A stretch of 64,000 nt of DNA from Amoebidium appalachense (taxonomy: Eukaryota; Protista; Ichthyosporea), in NCBI GenBank assembly GCA_963693365.1, contig CAVNZM010000004.1, forward strand, positions 13,824,524-13,888,523, read 5' to 3'. This document shows, piece after piece, positions 55,086 to 64,000 of this stretch. Each line of letters begins with the position of its first letter. Positions within the stretch are counted from its first letter, which is position 1. Made by a program: the position numbers and the translations under genes. The notes below the pieces were generated by a model. That model saw only the letters and a program-made list of their open reading frames with translations, searched no databases and was not told where the DNA came from.

Positions 55086-55472
55086 GAACAAAGTGCAAGA
55101 TGACCGCATGTTCCGCCGATGCAACTTGAAGTAGTCATATCACAAAAAATGGCGCCAAAATTGTATCCAATGAAATATAGTAAGAATAAGCTTGATTCGG
55201 ATAAACATGAAGCTTATTTATTGGTCAGATCAATTCAAATACTTACTTTTCAATGGGCAAGACACTGGACCTGAGTTCTCGAGACTCTGAGTGTAGACAA
55301 AAGAGACAACACACGGTGTGACAATTGCAAGCACGTGTGTATGTGTTGCTAATTGTAACCTTGTTCTACTTGCCACGTTCTACATTTAAACCAGTGAGTT
55401 GCTTTTTGACTTCTACATCTAGATTCTTCCGGTTTTCTCAACCAATAGCCAGTTTTTGACCTGCCGTTTACC

Positions 55473-59279
<3,807 letters not shown>

Positions 59280-59528
59280 AATGAGCAACCTTTGTCTGAA
59301 TATGTAAGCAGGCTAGTGGTCTCTTTGAGGTCGGGACAGAGTCGTTCATGTATAACCAATAAAATGGGATATCAAACCTGTCACAAACTTCATAAAAGGA
59401 GAAATAAATATACCAGATCATTGAGTCAGTGCTTGTTGTTTGTATTACTACGTCTGCTCTGCTTGCCCTCGTTGTTTCCTCCTCCTCCCTTTTTTTTTTT
59501 TGTTTGGCCATTGGGGAGGGGGGAGGGG

Positions 59529-59564
<36 letters not shown>

Positions 59565-59717
59565 AGCAACAAGCCTTACATACAACCAGACGCGGGGGGG
59601 GGGGGGGGGGGGGGGGTGTTTTGCATCACTCGGCTGCTATGAGATATCACAAACGGTTGGCGGAGACGGGCCTGAAACAATTGTTCTGGTTTTTGTTCAC
59701 CTTTCCGTTTTCCTTTT

Positions 59718-59851
<134 letters not shown>

Positions 59852-60266
59852 CGAAGGGGGGATACTTAGGCCAATGGCATCATTGTAAAAAAATTTATCG
59901 AGCTTCCTTCTCGAGAATCTGTTTTCATTCATCATGATCACAGTGTCTTCTTTGCCCCTTTCATTCAGTAATTTCAATGATTCTCCTTGTTCTAAGCGGC
60001 ACGTTTTTTTAAGCGTGCCTGTTTAAGTACACAACATGCAGGTATGCATTTGGAAGTTGTGTGTGTGTCCGCCAGTGTTGTTGGATCCGCGGCCGGACTG
60101 GTTGGGTGCCAACTGTCCGCACCTTAAATTGCACGCCATGATAATGGTGTCCCGACAGGTGTGTGCACACGGTGTGTGTGTGTGGTGGTACGTGGTACTC
60201 CGGCTGTGGTGGTGGTGGTGTTGGTGGTGGTGACGTGTGCGTGTTGGTGGTGGTGGTGGTGGTGGT

Positions 60267-60324
<58 letters not shown>

Positions 60325-61339
60325 GGCCATCTTGCTGTTCAAGATGGCCGTACGGGGGGGAGGCATACTATTAAATAATAATAATACATTGCACGTGATC
60401 ACGATTCAGGCATACATGTAGGGTAACGACCCTCACAACTATGCCAACTACAACCCCGAAGAGTCCCTCCCGGCCGTTCCAGCCAATACATACCTACTTG
60501 ATCATGCCCATGCATATGTGGAAGTTCTTCTCGACCACGTCCGGACGTGTCGTCCAGTCAACTATGATCAGCTGTTGGATCTATTGTATATACTCTCGAC
60601 GCGTTGATTGGCTACTGAAATAGATCAGATCTGAGAGAGGCAATTACTCTAACACAACATTTCGTCTGAATCATCCTGACCCATATATTCCGGCCGACCA
60701 AGCACCTGCGTACATTAGAAATGTTATGAGTAAATTTATAAAATACATACATATAGATGTTTATCTTACGGTAGTTCTGGAAACTGTAACCGTCTGGATG
60801 AAAATGTAACAAATTTGGCGGCAAGTTCAACTAAGCTGGTACATGGAGATTTTACCCCCCTTCGGCGTAGACCTAACTTACGCAAGGCCAGACAACATGG
60901 TCGCGGCTGGCCTGATACTACATACAACATACATACTGCGGCCCTTTCTTCTTTCTTGGTGGGAACACAAGGGTAAGGACCCTTCTGCGACAGGCTGTAT
61001 CTTTGTAGAGCTTGGTGATATACCGCCGACCCTTGCAATTGTCGTATACGTAGCGAACCCAGAATTCCCAGGATCAAGCATAAGTTTGTGTTGGCTTAAA
61101 GCTTAATTTGAAGCTTGTGCCATACATATGATCAGCAAACTGGTCTCCCATACAACATCCTCTGTTTGGAAAGAACACACGAATAGACAAGTTGCATGTT
61201 GTAACTTTTTCTTCAAGGTGCAAGCCTCCGCGTCCACCTTTTCCAAGCACGCTAACTTGCTGTACTACTGTACACGCACATATATTTGGTACAGGGCCGC
61301 CTGAAATTGTCCTTGGTCCGACACCCATAAACGAGAAAA

Positions 61340-62638
61340 ATGTTTGCCATCACACAGTTGGTCGCATCCATGGCCCTTGCCAGCAGCAAGCCACCCGTCA
61401 ATCCCCCCATCGACCTTTCTCCCTTCACTGTTCCCCCGCTGCCCGCCGGGCCAGGCGCATGTAGTGCGCCTTGCAGTGTCAGCACTGCTGGTGTGTGCCA
61501 GCCAACCCTTGCAGCTGCAATCGCAGCCGCCGCATCTGACGGCGTGGTGGAAATCCGCGACAATGTCAATGTTGACAGCGAGATACGCTTTGGAAAGAGT
61601 CTGACAATTCGTGGATGCAACGGGCGGCCCACAGTCACCACAAGCATTAATGTGGGAGAGGGTGGGTGCATGTTCCGTATCATTGGTGACAACAACCAGC
61701 GTGTGACGCTGTCCAACCTGGTGTTCCAAAATGGCGAGTCAAACCTTGCCACGGTTCTTCGCACACCAGACCTAGGTGTGGCTGAGTGGCCCGAGGAGCC
61801 CTCTCCCTCCATCGGTCCCATCGCGCTTATTGTTGAGAACTGTGATTTCAGCAACTTCAAAACAAGTGCCCGTGGTGGGTCGGTGTTTTTCCTCAGCAGG
61901 GCACGGCTAGTCAATATCGGAGGATCTCGTTTCGAGCGCAATCAGGTTTTGCGCAACGGGCGGCGGTGGTTGGGTGGAGGTGCCGTGTGGGTGACAAAGC
62001 TCGAGGGGAATGCGCTGGTGTGGGGAAACACATTTTCCAACAACGTGCACAACTTTGAGCATGGATATGGCGCGGCAATCTATGTTGAAGACATGTACAA
62101 CAAGGTGAAGATTGTCGGGAATACATTCGAGCGCAATAGTGCAGCAGGCGGTGCTGCCATTTTTCTCAACAACATCGGAAACAATGGCGATGATGAATTG
62201 ACTATTGATTCCAAGTTCTATCACAACATGGCCCCAGAATATGGCTGGGGGCCACGAGGAGGTGCAATGTGGCTACACGATATCAACTGCAAAGTTCGCA
62301 TCCGTGGTGAATTTGTAAACAACACTTCCCCAGAGGGGCGTGGGGCTATCGTTGCGTCTAATTTGGTATCCCCGAAAGGAAACATTGAAATTTCTGGAAC
62401 ATACAGGGAGAATGTTGCAAAGATTGGTGGGTGGCTATTTGACACGCGTGGTGATATTGGATTTGCCCCTGGGGCACAGTTGACGGTGCACGGGGAGACG
62501 GTGATGGAGGGGAACGTCGGGAATGGGACGGCAGACAACAAAATGGTCGTGTATTCTGCAGCCAATAATGTGAACTACACGACATTCCCGCAGGCACGGT
62601 GGTCAGGCAGGACAACAACGTTTTACGCTCGCACGTGA
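61340..62638 (+). CDS. Intronless secreted right-handed beta-helix protein with FxxN/GGA repeats (Pmp-like, pectin-lyase-like fold)
   Basis: 432-aa ORF with a signal-like N-terminus, a Pro-rich linker, a TLAAAIAAA cap helix and repeated motif pairs FERN..GGGAVW, FSNN..YGAAIY, FERN..GGAAIF, FYHN..RGGAMW and FVNN..RGAIV. Confidence 0.8.
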   Translation: MFAITQLVASMALASSKPPVNPPIDLSPFTVPPLPAGPGACSAPCSVSTAGVCQPTLAAAIAAAASDGVVEIRDNVNVDSEIRFGKSLTIRGCNGRPTVTTSINVGEGGCMFRIIGDNNQRVTLSNLVFQNGESNLATVLRTPDLGVAEWPEEPSPSIGPIALIVENCDFSNFKTSARGGSVFFLSRARLVNIGGSRFERNQVLRNGRRWLGGGAVWVTKLEGNALVWGNTFSNNVHNFEHGYGAAIYVEDMYNKVKIVGNTFERNSAAGGAAIFLNNIGNNGDDELTIDSKFYHNMAPEYGWGPRGGAMWLHDINCKVRIRGEFVNNTSPEGRGAIVASNLVSPKGNIEISGTYRENVAKIGGWLFDTRGDIGFAPGAQLTVHGETVMEGNVGNGTADNKMVVYSAANNVNYTTFPQARWSGRTTTFYART

Positions 62639-62938
62639 GGATTATACCCCTAGACTCATATTCATGTGCATTTGGGGCCATACATGCTGGTGCCGTGCCA
62701 TGGGGATGCATGTCAGTGGATTTAACTCTGTGGTTTCTAATTAACGCAAAAAAAAACGTTTGCAGTTTTAAAGTCTCCCACCAAATGTTCACGAACAATT
62801 GCTTTTCATTCGGTTTCTTAAAGTGTTCTCTGCAAGCCACCATGTGTGTGAATGTTGAATCATAATTACACTTTTCGCGGCTTAGTGATCGAATGGTAGC
62901 AAGTGTCTTCTTTGTTTTTTCGCCTTTCCCCCTTTTTC

Positions 62939-63018
<80 letters not shown>

Positions 63019-63395
63019 CTTATGGTGCCTGATGTCAAAGGTTTGACCCTCACACATAGCTAATCAGAGTCTAAATTGTGCTACCGTAAAAGCTGACTGC
63101 AGTCCAGTCCCAGAAGATAGGCAAAAACGTTGCTCAAGAGCAATATAATTAACGGGGGTTCAAGCCCTGTCACTGCATGCCCTTTCAAGGCCTTGAACGT
63201 CGTCGATTATATGAATAGTCACTGAGCCATGTGCATACTCTTTGTGTGCGCACGTATGTGCTTTGCTAAAATCTGCATTATTTTCGTCATGAATGTGTAT
63301 TCCGTAATTTATAAGCATTTTAACCCCCTCACCCCCCTCCCCCCTCCCCTGCCACCACCTAGCCCATCCCACTCTCCCCGGCACATAGTGTGCAC

Positions 63396-63689
<294 letters not shown>

Positions 63690-64000
63690 CACATGCACAA
63701 ACACACATATACACACGCACGCACGCACACACACAATTAAAAAAAAGAAGGTGACACGCTGGCATGCTCAGGTCTTGTACAGAGAGATCGGAACACACAT
63801 GCTGAACCGACACTGTTTCCTAACACAGGCACCAGTAAGCGCACTAAACACAAACACAAACACACAAACACGTACATGTGTGCAGACATGAAACAAAAAA
63901 CTGGAAAGCTTTGACCTCACATCTGGGCCAGCGCAGAACATGCTATGTGCGTAGCCACATGCACAAAAGAAAATCCGTGGCACCCGGTTGAACCCCGCGA

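Overview
Intron-rich eukaryotic genomic DNA. The introns are packed with (CA)n, (GA)n and long poly-C/poly-G tracts, so almost all ORF-track entries are low-complexity noise. The gene set suggests a unicellular holozoan or other opisthokont, which is an inference. Genes reconstructed by hand-splicing: 5' part of USP14/UBP6 (-), a complete NELF-B/COBRA1 (+), a decayed papain-family cysteine protease (+), GSK3 (-), an intronless fascin-like beta-trefoil protein (-), COQ8/ADCK3 (-, with the KxGQ-motif exon(s) missing), a histidine-phosphatase/PGAM-family gene (+) and an intronless secreted GGA/FxxN beta-helix protein (+). Mobile DNA: a full-length young Ty1/copia element with matching 765-bp LTRs, a hAT-type non-autonomous element with an 8-bp TSD, and a TA-flanked MITE. 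The most unusual signal is a small non-coding repeat family with 4 good copies and 1 fragment. All copies are intronic, in the sense orientation of the host gene, and end at C-tracts. One copy is a 450-nt monomer with terminal redundancy. The shared ~160-nt core folds into a multi-stem structure with a possible pseudoknot, supported by compensatory changes between two subfamilies. It is a candidate retrozyme-like or ribozyme-carrying retroelement. Exon coordinates were read by eye and could be off by a few bases.
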